A stretch of 64,000 nucleotides of DNA from Xanthobacteraceae bacterium (GCA_035623195.1 DASPTX010000114.1:16293-80292); one strand, 5' to 3'. Positions 28,823-39,207 are shown, counted from the first letter of the stretch. The notes: generated from the letters alone by a model not told the origin. Translations and numbers: made by a program.

Positions 28823-29892
28823 AAGGTAAAATCGATGGCGACTTTTATATCGCCCTTTTTTTGGTGCAACGCCTCGCGCCAGTGTTCAAGCGGCACACGG
28901 CGGGTAATGAGCCTGCCGAGCCACGATGGTTTTGCCCGCCGCAGCGCTTCGGCCGCCGCCTCGAAATGCCGGCGATTGGCATTGATGCTCCCCAAAACGA
29001 GATCGTTGTCGCCAACGAGCGTTCGATCGATCGATCCGATGTCGAGCTTGCATTGATGTCCGGGCGCGGCAATGCCGACAAGACAGGCGATGCCTGCGGG
29101 CGCCGTGCGGCCGAGAACGCCGGCGATCAGCGCGGGCGCGCCCGTGCATTCCATCAAAATATCGGGCCTCAAATGCGTGGCCGTGTCGAGGTCGCCGCAA
29201 TGATAGGTCCCGCCGAGTTCACGCGCGAGACTTTCCTTCTCGCCGCCAGTGTCGCGGTCGAGAACGTGGACATCGAGACCGCGCTGGGCGCCCATCAGCG
29301 CCGCGAGCAGGCCGATCGGTCCGGCGCCGGTGACGAGCAAAGTACGCGGCTGCCAAGCCTTCGAGCGCCGGCCGACATAATCGGTGTGCTCCCAGGCCTT
29401 GGCCATGATGCTGGCGGGCTCCAACAAGACGCCGTGGATGCCCAAGATCGGATCGAGCTTGACCGTGAATTGCGGCTCGATGCGAAATCGCTCGGCGCCG
29501 TAGCCGTTGCGCGCCTTGATGCCGCGCTCGGTGTATTCGCCGTTGCGGCACATATCCCATTCGCCTACGGCGCACGCCGCGCACGGCACCGGGTCGGGAC
29601 GGCGCACGATGCCAACGACAAGATCGCCGGCGTCGAGGCCGCAATCCGCCGGCGCCTCTTCCACGCATCCGAGCGATTCGTGGCCGAGAATGAGCCGCTG
29701 CTGCCCGGGCGGGGGCGCGCCGTAATCTCCCGCGACGATTTCGCGGTCGGTGGCGCATATGCCGAGCGCCAAGCTGCGAACCAGTACGCTGCCGTCGGCC
29801 GCCGGCGGTTCCGGCACCTCGTCGACCCGCGCTGAGTTGGGCACGCCCGGTGCGACCGTCAGTGCGCGCACGCGTCTTCTCCGGCAATTCAT
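28819..29892 (-). CDS. zinc-type medium-chain dehydrogenase, glucose 1-dehydrogenase-like
   Basis: GICATDREIVAGDYG and GHESLG zinc-ligand motifs, Rossmann VTGAGPIGLL. From memory this resembles archaeal-type MDR glucose dehydrogenases. Alternative GTG start at 29871 with GGAGAAG upstream. Confidence 0.65.
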   Translation of the reverse strand: MNCRRRRVRALTVAPGVPNSARVDEVPEPPAADGSVLVRSLALGICATDREIVAGDYGAPPPGQQRLILGHESLGCVEEAPADCGLDAGDLVVGIVRRPDPVPCAACAVGEWDMCRNGEYTERGIKARNGYGAERFRIEPQFTVKLDPILGIHGVLLEPASIMAKAWEHTDYVGRRSKAWQPRTLLVTGAGPIGLLAALMGAQRGLDVHVLDRDTGGEKESLARELGGTYHCGDLDTATHLRPDILMECTGAPALIAGVLGRTAPAGIACLVGIAAPGHQCKLDIGSIDRTLVGDNDLVLGSINANRRHFEAAAEALRRAKPSWLGRLITRRVPLEHWREALHQKKGDIKVAIDFTL

Positions 29893-29935
29893 CGCAGCGT
29901 GCGCGACGCACGCCCGCTATCGCCCCGTTGAAATG

Positions 29936-29960
29936 AACAAAATCTACACGCGAAAGTTCC
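29936..29960 (-). promoter_or_regulatory. sigma-EcfG-type promoter motif GGAAC-N16-TGTT upstream of the glucose-dehydrogenase-like/GH15 pair
   Basis: Minus strand GGAACTTTCGCGTGTAGATTTTGTT. 43 nt upstream of ATG 29892. Confidence 0.55.
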
Positions 29961-30091
29961 GCTCCGGGAACTCGTCGATCGATGAAGACGCATCGCGCCT
30001 TCGCACTCGCGTCGATCAATCGACGTTCGACAATCGCGGCCATGGATTTTTTTAACAACCATGACGCGAGAGAGCGACGGTTGCCACTACC

Positions 30092-30116
30092 GGAACAAAA
30101 CTACTCGCCGCGCGTT
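30092..30116 (+). promoter_or_regulatory. sigma-EcfG-type promoter motif GGAAC-N16-CGTT upstream of otsA
   Basis: GGAACAAAACTACTCGCCGCGCGTT. 24 nt upstream of ATG 30141, with the GGAGGGA RBS in between. Confidence 0.7.
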
Positions 30117-30140
30117 AATCGCTCCGATGGAGGGATTCCT

Positions 30141-31595
30141 ATGAGTCTGGTGGTCGTCTCAAATCGGGTTGCGCCAACGCAGGCCAATGAGCCGATCCCG
30201 GGAGGTTTAGCCTCCGCGCTGCTGCCGGTCGTGAAAGAATCCGGCGCGATCTGGATCGGATCGAGCGGTCGATTGTGCGAAGACCCTGCCAAGGAATCTT
30301 TTGCGGAAATCGAATCGCTTGGCGCCGGAGCCATCGCGACCGTCGATTTCCCGGCGGCGCACTATTCCGGCTTCTACGAGGGTTTCTCGAACTCGGCTCT
30401 ATGGCCTGCATTGCACTCGCGGCCGGACCTCATCCGCGTCACCGACGACGATTATAAATCCTACCGGGCCGTCAACGCCTTCATGGCGCGCGCGCTCATC
30501 CGCTTTGCGCAGCCCGACACGATCTATTGGGTCCAGGATTATCATTTCTTGACGCTGGCCGCGGAGCTGCGGCGATCAGGGATCGTGCAGCCGATCGGCT
30601 TTTTCCTGCATACGCCCTGGAGCGACCGCGCGACCATGCTCGGCATGCCGCATCATCGCGAAATCGTTTCGGCGATGCTGGCCTATGATCTGATCGGCTT
30701 TCAGACCGACGACGACCGGAAAAATTTCGAGGAAGGCCTTAAGCACGATCTCGGACTTGCCGTGACCAACGGTTTTGTCACCTCCGCATACGGCCGCACG
30801 CGATTGGCGACCTTTCCGATCGGCATCGATCCGGACGATTTTGCCGCGCGGGCTCTCAAGGCCTCCAACCGGTCCGAAGTGTCTCGGTTGCGCGCGAGCC
30901 TGCGGGGCGCGAGGCTTGTGCTCGGGGTCGATCGCCTCGATTATTCCAAAGGCATCACCAACCGCATGCGCGCCTTCGATCGCGTGTTGGAAACCGAGCC
31001 GGGCTGGGCCCATCGGATTTGTCTTCTGCAGATCGCTGTGCCCTCGCGCGGCCGCATCGCGGCCTACGGCGAGTTCAAGCGAGAGCTCGCGACCTTGATC
31101 GGCGAAATCAACGCCCGGCATGCCGATATCGATTGGGTGCCGATCCGGTATCTGAATAAGGGCTTCGCCCAATCGACCTTGGCCGGATTCTATCGGCTGG
31201 CGCGCGTCGGCCTGGTGACGCCGCTCCACGACGGGATGAATCTCGTCGCCAAGGAATATGTCGCGGCGCAAAATCCCGCCGACCCCGGCGCGCTGATTCT
31301 GTCCCAGTTTGCCGGTGCCGCGAAGGAACTCGACACTGCGCTCCTGGTGAATCCGTACGACATCAACGACATCGCACGGAACATTTCGCGGGCCTTGGTC
31401 ATGTCAGGCGACGAACGCCGCGAGCGCTGGCAGACGATGATCGCAAGATTGAAGTCGCGGCCGATCCAGGCCTGGTTCTCCGATTTCGTGGTTGCGCTCA
31501 CGGAAGCCCGCCGTTCCGCGCCGCGTTCCACGGCGACGGTTCTCAGATTGCCGGTCCCGGACAATCGAGGCGGGCGAACCGCGATTTCACGCTGA
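30141..31595 (+). CDS. otsA: alpha,alpha-trehalose-phosphate synthase (GT20)
   Basis: ATG at 30141 with GGAGGGA 5 nt upstream. MSLVVVSNRV start, WVQDYHF, LVTPLHDGMNLVAKEY. Confidence 0.9.
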   Translation: MSLVVVSNRVAPTQANEPIPGGLASALLPVVKESGAIWIGSSGRLCEDPAKESFAEIESLGAGAIATVDFPAAHYSGFYEGFSNSALWPALHSRPDLIRVTDDDYKSYRAVNAFMARALIRFAQPDTIYWVQDYHFLTLAAELRRSGIVQPIGFFLHTPWSDRATMLGMPHHREIVSAMLAYDLIGFQTDDDRKNFEEGLKHDLGLAVTNGFVTSAYGRTRLATFPIGIDPDDFAARALKASNRSEVSRLRASLRGARLVLGVDRLDYSKGITNRMRAFDRVLETEPGWAHRICLLQIAVPSRGRIAAYGEFKRELATLIGEINARHADIDWVPIRYLNKGFAQSTLAGFYRLARVGLVTPLHDGMNLVAKEYVAAQNPADPGALILSQFAGAAKELDTALLVNPYDINDIARNISRALVMSGDERRERWQTMIARLKSRPIQAWFSDFVVALTEARRSAPRSTATVLRLPVPDNRGGRTAISR

Positions 31596-31650
31596 CGCCG
31601 CGATCGCGCCAGACTCATTTTCCGAACCTTCATCGGCTTGATCGAAACCA

Positions 31651-33069
31651 GTGCAGATCGTTGAAACGGATGTGCCGGCGCGGCTCGACCGTCTCCCTTG
31701 GGCCCGTTTTCATACGCTCGTCGTCATCGCCCTTGGCGTGACCTGGATCCTCGATGGGCTTGAAGTGACTTTGGCGGGTTCGCTCGCGGGCGCGTTCAAA
31801 CAAAGCCTGCATTTCAGCGATGCCGAGGTCGGCATGGCCGGCAGCTTTTACCTGACCGGGGCCGTTCTCGGCGCGATAATCTTCGGTTGGCTGACCGACC
31901 GGCTCGGCCGCAAGAAGCTCTTTTTCACGACGATCGCCGTCTATCTCGTCGCAACCGCGGCGACGGCCCTGTCATGGAGTGTGGCGACGTTTGCGCTATT
32001 TCGCTTCTTCACCGGCGCGGGAATTGGCGGCGAATACGCCGCGATCAACTCCGCGATTCAGGAACTGACGCCCGCCCGGGTACGCGGCTGGACGGATCTC
32101 ATCATCAACGGCAGTTTCTGGATGGGCGCGGCGATGGGCGCCGCCAGCGCGATTGTGTTGCTCAACCCGGCGATCATCAGCCCCGACATCGGCTGGCGCT
32201 TGGCGTTCTTGACCGGCGCCGTGCTCGCGCTCTTCATCTTTCTTATGCGTTTCTGGATTCCGGAGAGCCCGCGCTGGCTCATGACCCACGGCCGCGTCAA
32301 GGATGCCGAAGCGATCGTAGCCGACATCGACGAAGACCTGCGCCGGCGCGGTCACGTTCTGCCGCCGGCCAACTTGCCGCGCCTGCGGCTTCGCATGCGC
32401 GGCCACACCTCGCTCCTCGAAGTGGCGCGAATTCTGTTCCGAGAGCATCGCCAGCGTACCCTGGTCGGGCTCAGCCTGATGGCGGCGCAAGCGTTCTTTT
32501 ACAATGCGATCTTCTTCACCTACGCGCTCATCTTGACGGATTTTTACGGCGTCCCGCCGGATCGCGTCGGCTGGCATATCCTGCCTTTTGCCGCCGGCAA
32601 TTTTCTCGGGCCGGTCATGCTGGGCCGGTTGTTCGACACCGTCGGGCGAAAGCCGATGATCGTCTTCACCTATGCAACGTCCGGCGTGCTGCTTGCCGCC
32701 GTCGGCACCCTGTTTGCGCGCGATGCGCTGACTGCGACGTCGCAAACGATCGGCTGGACGGTGATCTTCTTTTTCGCCTCGTCGGCGGCGAGTTCGGCCT
32801 ACCTCACCGTGAGCGAGACATTTCCGCTCGAAATCCGCGCGCTTGCGATTGCGATATTCTACGCCATAGGCACCAGCATCGGCGGCATTATGGGCCCGTT
32901 TTTCTTCGGTGTATTGATCCAAAGCGGCTCGCGCGCGAGCGTATTTGTCGGCTATCTGTCCGGATCCGTACTTATGATTTTGGCGGCGTTGATCGCGAGC
33001 CGCTGGGCGGTTGCCGCCGAACGCAAACCGCTCGAAACGGTGGCCCCGCCCCTGGCGTCGGCCGATTGA
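31651..33069 (+). CDS. MFS transporter (sugar-porter / metabolite:H+ symporter-like)
   Basis: 472 aa, GTG start. LTDRLGRKK loop motif and FTGAGIGGEYAAINS. 12 TM. Confidence 0.8.
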   Translation: MQIVETDVPARLDRLPWARFHTLVVIALGVTWILDGLEVTLAGSLAGAFKQSLHFSDAEVGMAGSFYLTGAVLGAIIFGWLTDRLGRKKLFFTTIAVYLVATAATALSWSVATFALFRFFTGAGIGGEYAAINSAIQELTPARVRGWTDLIINGSFWMGAAMGAASAIVLLNPAIISPDIGWRLAFLTGAVLALFIFLMRFWIPESPRWLMTHGRVKDAEAIVADIDEDLRRRGHVLPPANLPRLRLRMRGHTSLLEVARILFREHRQRTLVGLSLMAAQAFFYNAIFFTYALILTDFYGVPPDRVGWHILPFAAGNFLGPVMLGRLFDTVGRKPMIVFTYATSGVLLAAVGTLFARDALTATSQTIGWTVIFFFASSAASSAYLTVSETFPLEIRALAIAIFYAIGTSIGGIMGPFFFGVLIQSGSRASVFVGYLSGSVLMILAALIASRWAVAAERKPLETVAPPLASAD

Positions 33070-33131
33070 CGTTTGGCTGGCCGGCCTCGACCGATCGCAA
33101 CCAAACCGCCGTTGCCGCCGGCATTAGCCAT

Positions 33132-33156
33132 GGAACTCCGGCCACTTTGGCTCGTT
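33132..33156 (+). promoter_or_regulatory. sigma-EcfG-type promoter motif GGAAC-N16-CGTT upstream of the tkt operon
   Basis: GGAACTCCGGCCACTTTGGCTCGTT. 46 nt upstream of ATG 33203. Confidence 0.65.
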
Positions 33157-33202
33157 TGTTTGGGAGGGAAGTTTTGTTCGTCCCGCCGGCGAGCGTTCCG
33201 TT

Positions 33203-35320
33203 ATGGCAAGCGAAGTTCCTTCCGCCTATCGCATTGCTTCCCAAACCGCGCGATCTTACCGACAAGACGATATAGACCTTTTGTGTATCGACACGATCCG
33301 CACTTTGGCGATCGACGCGGTGCAAAAGGCGCAATCGGGGCATGCCGGAGCCCCGATGGGAATGGCGCCGGTCGCCTACACATTGTGGCAGGATTTCCTC
33401 CGCTACGACCCGAGCGATCCGCGCTGGCCGAACCGTGACCGTTTCGTGCTTTCCGCCGGCCACGCCTCGATGCTGCTCTACGCGCTGTTGCATCTCGCCC
33501 GCGTGCGCCGCGTCGACGGATCGCGAATAACCGAAAAGCCCGCGGTCAGCCTCGACGACATCAAGAACTTCCGCCAGCTTGACAGCGTGACGCCGGGCCA
33601 TCCGGAATACGGCCGCACCACCGGCGTCGAAGCGACCACCGGCCCGCTCGGTCAAGGCTGCGGCGACAGCGTCGGCATGGCGATCGCATCGCGCTGGCTC
33701 GGTGCCCGCTACAACCGTCCGCAATTCACTTTATTCGACTTTGACGTCTATGCGATCTGCAGCGACGGCGATCTGATGGAAGGCGTGGCGAGCGAAGCTG
33801 CCTCGCTCGCCGGGCATCTCGGCCTTGGCAATCTGTGTTGGATTTACGACAGCAACACGGTCACCATCGAAGGTCATACCGATCTCGCTTTCAGCGAGGA
33901 CGTCGAAACCCGCTTCAGGGGCTACCGCTGGAACGTGCTACGCGTCCGCGACGCCAACGACACCGCGGCGCTCGCGGGCGCGCTGCAAACCTCCCGCCGC
34001 ACTGACAATCGTCCGACCCTGATCATCGTCGACAGCATCATCGGATACGGCGCGCCGCATAAAGAAAATACCGCGGCTGCGCACAGCGATCCACTCGGCG
34101 AGGAGGAAGTGCGGCTCACCAAGCGCTTCTATGGCTGGCCCGAAGATGTGCAATTTTTGGTTCCTGACGGCGTCTATAGCCGCTTCGATGAGGTCATCGG
34201 CAGGCGCGGGCGGCAGTTGCGGGAGAATTGGAGTAAAACCTTTGCTGCCTACGAGCGGGCCGAGCCGCAGGCCGCCGGCGAAATTGCGCAGCTTCTGGCC
34301 GGGGAGCTTCCGGCAAAATGGGACGCGGACTTGCCGGTCTTCGCCGCCGACGAGAAGGGCATGGCGACCCGCGATGCGTCCGGCAAGATCCTCAACGTCA
34401 TCGCCCGGCAAATTCCCTGGCTGATCGGCGGCGCGGCCGACCTTGCGCCTTCGACCAAAACCAAGTTCGATCATGCCGAGTCGATCGAGCCGTATAGTCC
34501 GGGCGGGCGCACGATGCATTTCGGCGTGCGCGAGCACGCGATGGGCGCAATCGTCAACGGGTTGGTGCTGTCGAAACTGCGAGCGTTCGGCGCGACCTTC
34601 CTGACTTTCAGTGATTATATGCGCCCCGCGATCCGGCTCGCGGCGCTGATGGAACTGCCGGTCTTTTACATTTTCACGCACGATTCGATCGGGCTCGGCG
34701 AGGACGGTCCGACGCATCAGCCGATCGAACAGCTCGTCGCGCTGCGCGCCATCCCGAACATGATCGTGTTGCGGCCCGCCGACGCCAATGAAGTGCGCGA
34801 GGCCTATAGAGTTATTTTCGGCTTGAAGAAGGAACCCGCCTGTCTCTTGCTCAGCCGCCAGAAGCTGCCGGTCTTCGATCGCAGCCGTTATGCCGCGGCT
34901 TCAGGCCTTGCGCGCGGCGCCTATGTCATGGCTGACGTTACGGCCGACGCCGACAACCCCGACGTCATCCTCATCGCCAGCGGCAGCGAGGTGCAGCTCT
35001 GCGTCACAGCCCATGAAAAGCTCAAGCGCCAAGGCATAGCGGCGCGCGTCGTCAGCATGCCGAGCTGGGAACTGTTCGAAAAACAAGACGAACGCTATCG
35101 CAACGAGGTTCTGCCGCCGAAAATTACGGCGCGCGTCGCCGTCGAACTCGGCGCCGTGATCGGCTGGGACCGCTACGCCGGCGCGCGCGGCACGATCTTG
35201 GGCATGCACAGTTTCGGCGCCTCGGCGCCCGCCGCAGATCTGATGCAGAAATTCGGTTTTACGACCGATAAGGTCATGACTGCCGCCGTGGCGCAGATTG
35301 CAAGAAACGGCCGAAACTAA
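33203..35320 (+). CDS. tkt: transketolase
   Basis: [18 protein letters not shown] ThDP motif, [22 protein letters not shown]. Confidence 0.95.
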   Translation: MASEVPSAYRIASQTARSYRQDDIDLLCIDTIRTLAIDAVQKAQSGHAGAPMGMAPVAYTLWQDFLRYDPSDPRWPNRDRFVLSAGHASMLLYALLHLARVRRVDGSRITEKPAVSLDDIKNFRQLDSVTPGHPEYGRTTGVEATTGPLGQGCGDSVGMAIASRWLGARYNRPQFTLFDFDVYAICSDGDLMEGVASEAASLAGHLGLGNLCWIYDSNTVTIEGHTDLAFSEDVETRFRGYRWNVLRVRDANDTAALAGALQTSRRTDNRPTLIIVDSIIGYGAPHKENTAAAHSDPLGEEEVRLTKRFYGWPEDVQFLVPDGVYSRFDEVIGRRGRQLRENWSKTFAAYERAEPQAAGEIAQLLAGELPAKWDADLPVFAADEKGMATRDASGKILNVIARQIPWLIGGAADLAPSTKTKFDHAESIEPYSPGGRTMHFGVREHAMGAIVNGLVLSKLRAFGATFLTFSDYMRPAIRLAALMELPVFYIFTHDSIGLGEDGPTHQPIEQLVALRAIPNMIVLRPADANEVREAYRVIFGLKKEPACLLLSRQKLPVFDRSRYAAASGLARGAYVMADVTADADNPDVILIASGSEVQLCVTAHEKLKRQGIAARVVSMPSWELFEKQDERYRNEVLPPKITARVAVELGAVIGWDRYAGARGTILGMHSFGASAPAADLMQKFGFTTDKVMTAAVAQIARNGRN

Positions 35321-35379
35321 TCGAGGTTTATCGCGCTCGCCAAAGCGAAACGATAACGCCGTTATTCGAGGAGTGCATT

Positions 35380-36378
35380 ATGCAGATCGGCGTGATCGGG
35401 CTTGGGCGCATGGGCGGCAATATCGCGCGCCGCCTGATCCGGAACGGACACGAGGTCGTCGCTTACGATCGCGACAGCAAGGCCGTCGCATCGCTTAAGG
35501 GCGACGGCGCGACCGGGGCCGGCGATGTCGCAACGCTGGCGCAACACTTGCGGCCGCCGCGCGCGGTGTGGGTCATGTTGCCGGCCGGCAAGATCACCGA
35601 AAACGCCATCGTCGCGCTTGGGAAAATCCTCGCACCCGGCGATGTCGTTCTCGACGGCGGCAACACTTTTTGGAAAGACGACATTCGCCGCGCCAAATTC
35701 CTCAACGAGCGCAAAATCCACCATATCGACGTCGGCACGAGTGGCGGCACCTGGGGGCTCGATCGCGGCTATTGCATGATGATCGGAGGCGCCAAGGAAA
35801 CCGTCGCTCGCCTTGATCCGATTTTTTGCGCGCTGGCGCCGGGAATCGGCAATCTGGCGCGAACGCCCGGCCGCGACGGCCGCGATCCGCGCGCCGAGCA
35901 TGGCTATATTCATGCCGGGCCGCATGGCGCCGGCCACTTCGTCAAGATGGTGCATAACGGCATCGAATACGGCTTGATGCAGGCCTTCGCCGAGGGTTTC
36001 GACATTTTGAAGAACGCCAACTCCGACAAATTGCCGGAAGACGAGCGTTTCGATTTCGATCTGACCGACATCGCCGAAGTCTGGCGCCGCGGCAGCGTTA
36101 TCAGCGCCTGGCTGCTCGATCTTACGGCAAGCGCGCTCACAGCCGACCCGAAGCTCGAGGGCTTCGAAGGCGTGGTCGAGGATTCCGGCGAAGGCCGCTG
36201 GACGATCATGGCCGCGATCGAAGAGGCGGTTCCCGCCGACGTGCTCTCGGCGGCGCTCTACACGCGCTTCCGCTCGCGCCGCGACCATACTTTCGCGGAG
36301 AAGATATTGTCGGCGATGCGCAAAGGCTTCGGTTCGCATGTCGAACCCAGAATCCATCGCAGCGCCGAACCGCCATGA
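35380..36378 (+). CDS. gnd: 6-phosphogluconate dehydrogenase, decarboxylating (short Gnd-like form)
   Basis: [19 protein letters not shown] Rossmann start, [16 protein letters not shown]. Confidence 0.85.
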   Translation: MQIGVIGLGRMGGNIARRLIRNGHEVVAYDRDSKAVASLKGDGATGAGDVATLAQHLRPPRAVWVMLPAGKITENAIVALGKILAPGDVVLDGGNTFWKDDIRRAKFLNERKIHHIDVGTSGGTWGLDRGYCMMIGGAKETVARLDPIFCALAPGIGNLARTPGRDGRDPRAEHGYIHAGPHGAGHFVKMVHNGIEYGLMQAFAEGFDILKNANSDKLPEDERFDFDLTDIAEVWRRGSVISAWLLDLTASALTADPKLEGFEGVVEDSGEGRWTIMAAIEEAVPADVLSAALYTRFRSRRDHTFAEKILSAMRKGFGSHVEPRIHRSAEPP

Positions 36379-37889
36379 CGGTAAAAACCGCGAAGGCGCG
36401 GCCGGCCGATCCGTGCTGCCTTATTATCTTCGGCGCGTCGGGCGATCTCACGCACCGGCTTTTGGTGCCGGCGCTCTACAATCTCGCTGTCGCCGGGCTC
36501 CTGCCGAAGGCCTTCGCCTTGATCGGCGTCTCCCGCAGCGCCTCCTCAAGCGAGGCGTTCCGTAAGAGCCTCGCCGAAAGCCTGGCGAAATTCACCGCGC
36601 GGCCGCTCGACGAGCGCGTGGTGAAGCATCTGCTCGCCTGCGTCGTCTATGTCCAAGGCGATCCCGACGACAACGAAACCTATAAAAAGATCGGCAAGGA
36701 ACTTGCGCGCATCGAGCATGAGCGCGGCACGCGGGGCAACCGCTTGTTCTATCTGGCGACGCCGCCTGCCGGCTTTGCGCCGATCGGATGTCATCTCGGG
36801 CGGTCGGGCCTGGCGTGCGAGGAAAACGGCGCCTGGCGGCGCGTCGTCATCGAGAAACCGTTCGGCACCGACCTTAATAGCGCGCAAGCGCTCAATCGGA
36901 AACTCCTCGGCATTCTCAAGGAGGATCAGATTTTCCGCATCGACCACTATCTCGGCAAGGAAACCGTCCAAAATATCCTGGTGCTGCGTTTCGCCAATGG
37001 ATTATTCGAGCCGATTTGGAATCGTCACCATATCGAGCACGTGCAGATTACGGTCGCGGAATCGCTGACGGTCGGGCAGCGCGGCATTTATTACGATTCC
37101 ACCGGCGCGCTGCGCGATATGGTGCCGAACCATCTGTTTCAGCTTTTATCGCTCATCGCCATGGAGCCGCCGTCCCGTTTTGCCGCCGACGCCGTGCGGG
37201 CCGAAAAGGCGCAGGTGCTCGACGCCATTCAATTGCAGAATCGCGACGAGGCGCTGCGCAATTCGGTGCGCGCGCAGTACGACGACGGCTACGTCGAAAA
37301 TCATGCCGTCGAGGCGTATCGCAAGACTAAGGACGTCAATCCGAACAGCACCACGGAGACCTATGTTGCCCTCAAGCTGATGATCGACAACTGGCGCTGG
37401 GCGCGCGTGCCGTTTTACTTGCGGACCGGAAAGGCGTTGCGCGCAAAGCAGACCGAAGTGGCGATCAAATTCAAGCAGGCGCCGATCGCCATGTTCCGCG
37501 ATACGCCGGTCGATCGGCTGTCGGAGAACTTTCTGGTCATCGGGATTCAGCCGGACGAAAGCATCGGGCTGGAATTCAACGCCAAAGTCCCCGGACCTTC
37601 GATCGTGATCGGAGGCGTCAGCATGACCTTCAATTACCGGGACTATTTCGATACGCCGCCAGCGACCGGCTACGAGACGCTGATCTACGATTGCATGACC
37701 GGCGATGCCATCCTCTATCCGCGCGCCGACGGCATCGAAGCCGCATGGCGCGTGGTGCAGCCATTCATCGATGCGTGGCGTGACTCGTCTGCGTGGAATC
37801 TTGCCACTTACCGCGCCGGCAGCGACGGCCCGGCGGAGGCCGATGAGCTTCTGGCCCGTGACGGGCGCCGCTGGCGGCCGATTGCGTGA
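36375..37889 (+). CDS. zwf: glucose-6-phosphate 1-dehydrogenase
   Basis: [18 protein letters not shown] and EKPFG motifs. ATGA overlap with gnd. Confidence 0.95.
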   Translation: MTVKTAKARPADPCCLIIFGASGDLTHRLLVPALYNLAVAGLLPKAFALIGVSRSASSSEAFRKSLAESLAKFTARPLDERVVKHLLACVVYVQGDPDDNETYKKIGKELARIEHERGTRGNRLFYLATPPAGFAPIGCHLGRSGLACEENGAWRRVVIEKPFGTDLNSAQALNRKLLGILKEDQIFRIDHYLGKETVQNILVLRFANGLFEPIWNRHHIEHVQITVAESLTVGQRGIYYDSTGALRDMVPNHLFQLLSLIAMEPPSRFAADAVRAEKAQVLDAIQLQNRDEALRNSVRAQYDDGYVENHAVEAYRKTKDVNPNSTTETYVALKLMIDNWRWARVPFYLRTGKALRAKQTEVAIKFKQAPIAMFRDTPVDRLSENFLVIGIQPDESIGLEFNAKVPGPSIVIGGVSMTFNYRDYFDTPPATGYETLIYDCMTGDAILYPRADGIEAAWRVVQPFIDAWRDSSAWNLATYRAGSDGPAEADELLARDGRRWRPIA

Positions 37890-37898
37890 GTTCGCGAC

Positions 37899-38648
37899 AT
37901 GGGCGCCGAGATCGAACGCAAACTCATCGTGGTCGCGGATGCCTCGGCGCTTGCGGAAACCGCCGCGCAGCGGCTCGTCGATCGCATCGCCGCTCAGAAA
38001 CGCGCCGCGGTCTGCCTGACCGGCGGATCGAGTCCCGAAGGTCTTTATCGCCTGCTTGCGCAGGAGCCATGGCGCGCCATCGTACCGTGGGATCGCGTGC
38101 ACTGGTTCATGGGCGACGACCGCTTCGTGCCGCTGTCAAATCCTTTGAGCAATATGGGCATGGCGTGGCGGCTGTTTCTCGTTAGCGTGCCGGCGCCGCG
38201 ACAGAATATTCATCCGATCGCGACCGAAACAAAGAGCCCAGAGGACGCCGCGCGGCTTTATGAGGACGAGCTCAAACGCTTCTACGGCGCCGGCGCGCTC
38301 GATCCGGCGGTCCCGCTCTTCGATCTTGTGCTGATGGGTCTCGGCGGCGACGGCCACACCGCCTCGCTGTTTCCGCATTCCCCTGCGCTGGACGAAAAGG
38401 AGCGCTGGGTCGTGGGCGTGCCCGGAGCCGGCATGGAGCCTTTCGTGCCGCGCGTAACTTTGACTTTTCCGGCGCTCGCATCGACGCGTGAAATGCTGTT
38501 CCTCATCGAGAGCCGAGACAAACGCGAAATTCTTACGCGCGTGCTGGCGGGCGAAGCGCCGTTTAATAAAACGTTGCCGGCGCAGCGCGCTTATTCCAAC
38601 GGCGAACTGATCTGGCTCGTCGCCCGCGCCGCAGCGCCGGAGAATTAG
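37899..38648 (+). CDS. pgl: 6-phosphogluconolactonase
   Basis: LTGGSSP, LMGLGGDGHTASLFP. Confidence 0.9.
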   Translation: MGAEIERKLIVVADASALAETAAQRLVDRIAAQKRAAVCLTGGSSPEGLYRLLAQEPWRAIVPWDRVHWFMGDDRFVPLSNPLSNMGMAWRLFLVSVPAPRQNIHPIATETKSPEDAARLYEDELKRFYGAGALDPAVPLFDLVLMGLGGDGHTASLFPHSPALDEKERWVVGVPGAGMEPFVPRVTLTFPALASTREMLFLIESRDKREILTRVLAGEAPFNKTLPAQRAYSNGELIWLVARAAAPEN

Positions 38649-38649
38649 C

Positions 38650-39207
38650 ATGAGCTTGAGCGGGCAGGCGCAAGCACGACCGCGGCCGTCCGTGCTCGTG
38701 GTGATGGGCGTTTCCGGCTCCGGCAAAAGTACTATCGCGTCGATGCTCGCGCACCGTCTGCATTGGATTTACGAGGACGGCGACTGGTTCCATCCGCAAT
38801 CGAATATCGAGAAAATGCATCACGGCGAGCCGCTTAACGACGCGGATCGCTGGCCGTGGCTGCACGCCATCGCCGATTGGATCGACGACACGCGGCTTAG
38901 CGGCCGGCATGGCGTCGTCGCCTGTTCGGCGCTCAAGCGCGCCTATCGCAACATTCTGGTCGGCGACCGGCGGGATGTGGGCATCGTTTTCCTCAACGGC
39001 GACCGCGACCTGATCGCGCGCCGGATCGCCGCGCGCGCCGATCATTTCATGCCGCCGGCGCTCCTCGACAGCCAGTTCAAGGTATTGGAGGAGCCGAAGG
39101 CCGACGAACATCCCGTGGTTGCGTCCATTATTCCGCACCCACGCGAAATTGTCGAAACGATCGTTGCCGAACTCGGACTCGATCGCGTTGCCGCGCAGGC
39201 TCATTGA
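38650..39207 (+). CDS. gntK: gluconokinase
   Basis: P-loop VMGVSGSGKST, then FHPQSNIEKM..G.PLND.DRWPWL. Starts 1 nt after the pgl stop. Confidence 0.85.
   Translation: MSLSGQAQARPRPSVLVVMGVSGSGKSTIASMLAHRLHWIYEDGDWFHPQSNIEKMHHGEPLNDADRWPWLHAIADWIDDTRLSGRHGVVACSALKRAYRNILVGDRRDVGIVFLNGDRDLIARRIAARADHFMPPALLDSQFKVLEEPKADEHPVVASIIPHPREIVETIVAELGLDRVAAQAH

Noticed and set aside
35321-35379. Nested hairpins between tkt and gnd as a terminator or attenuator
   Set aside because: The stems are short (4-6 bp), there is no U-tract, and the genes are otherwise tightly packed as one operon.
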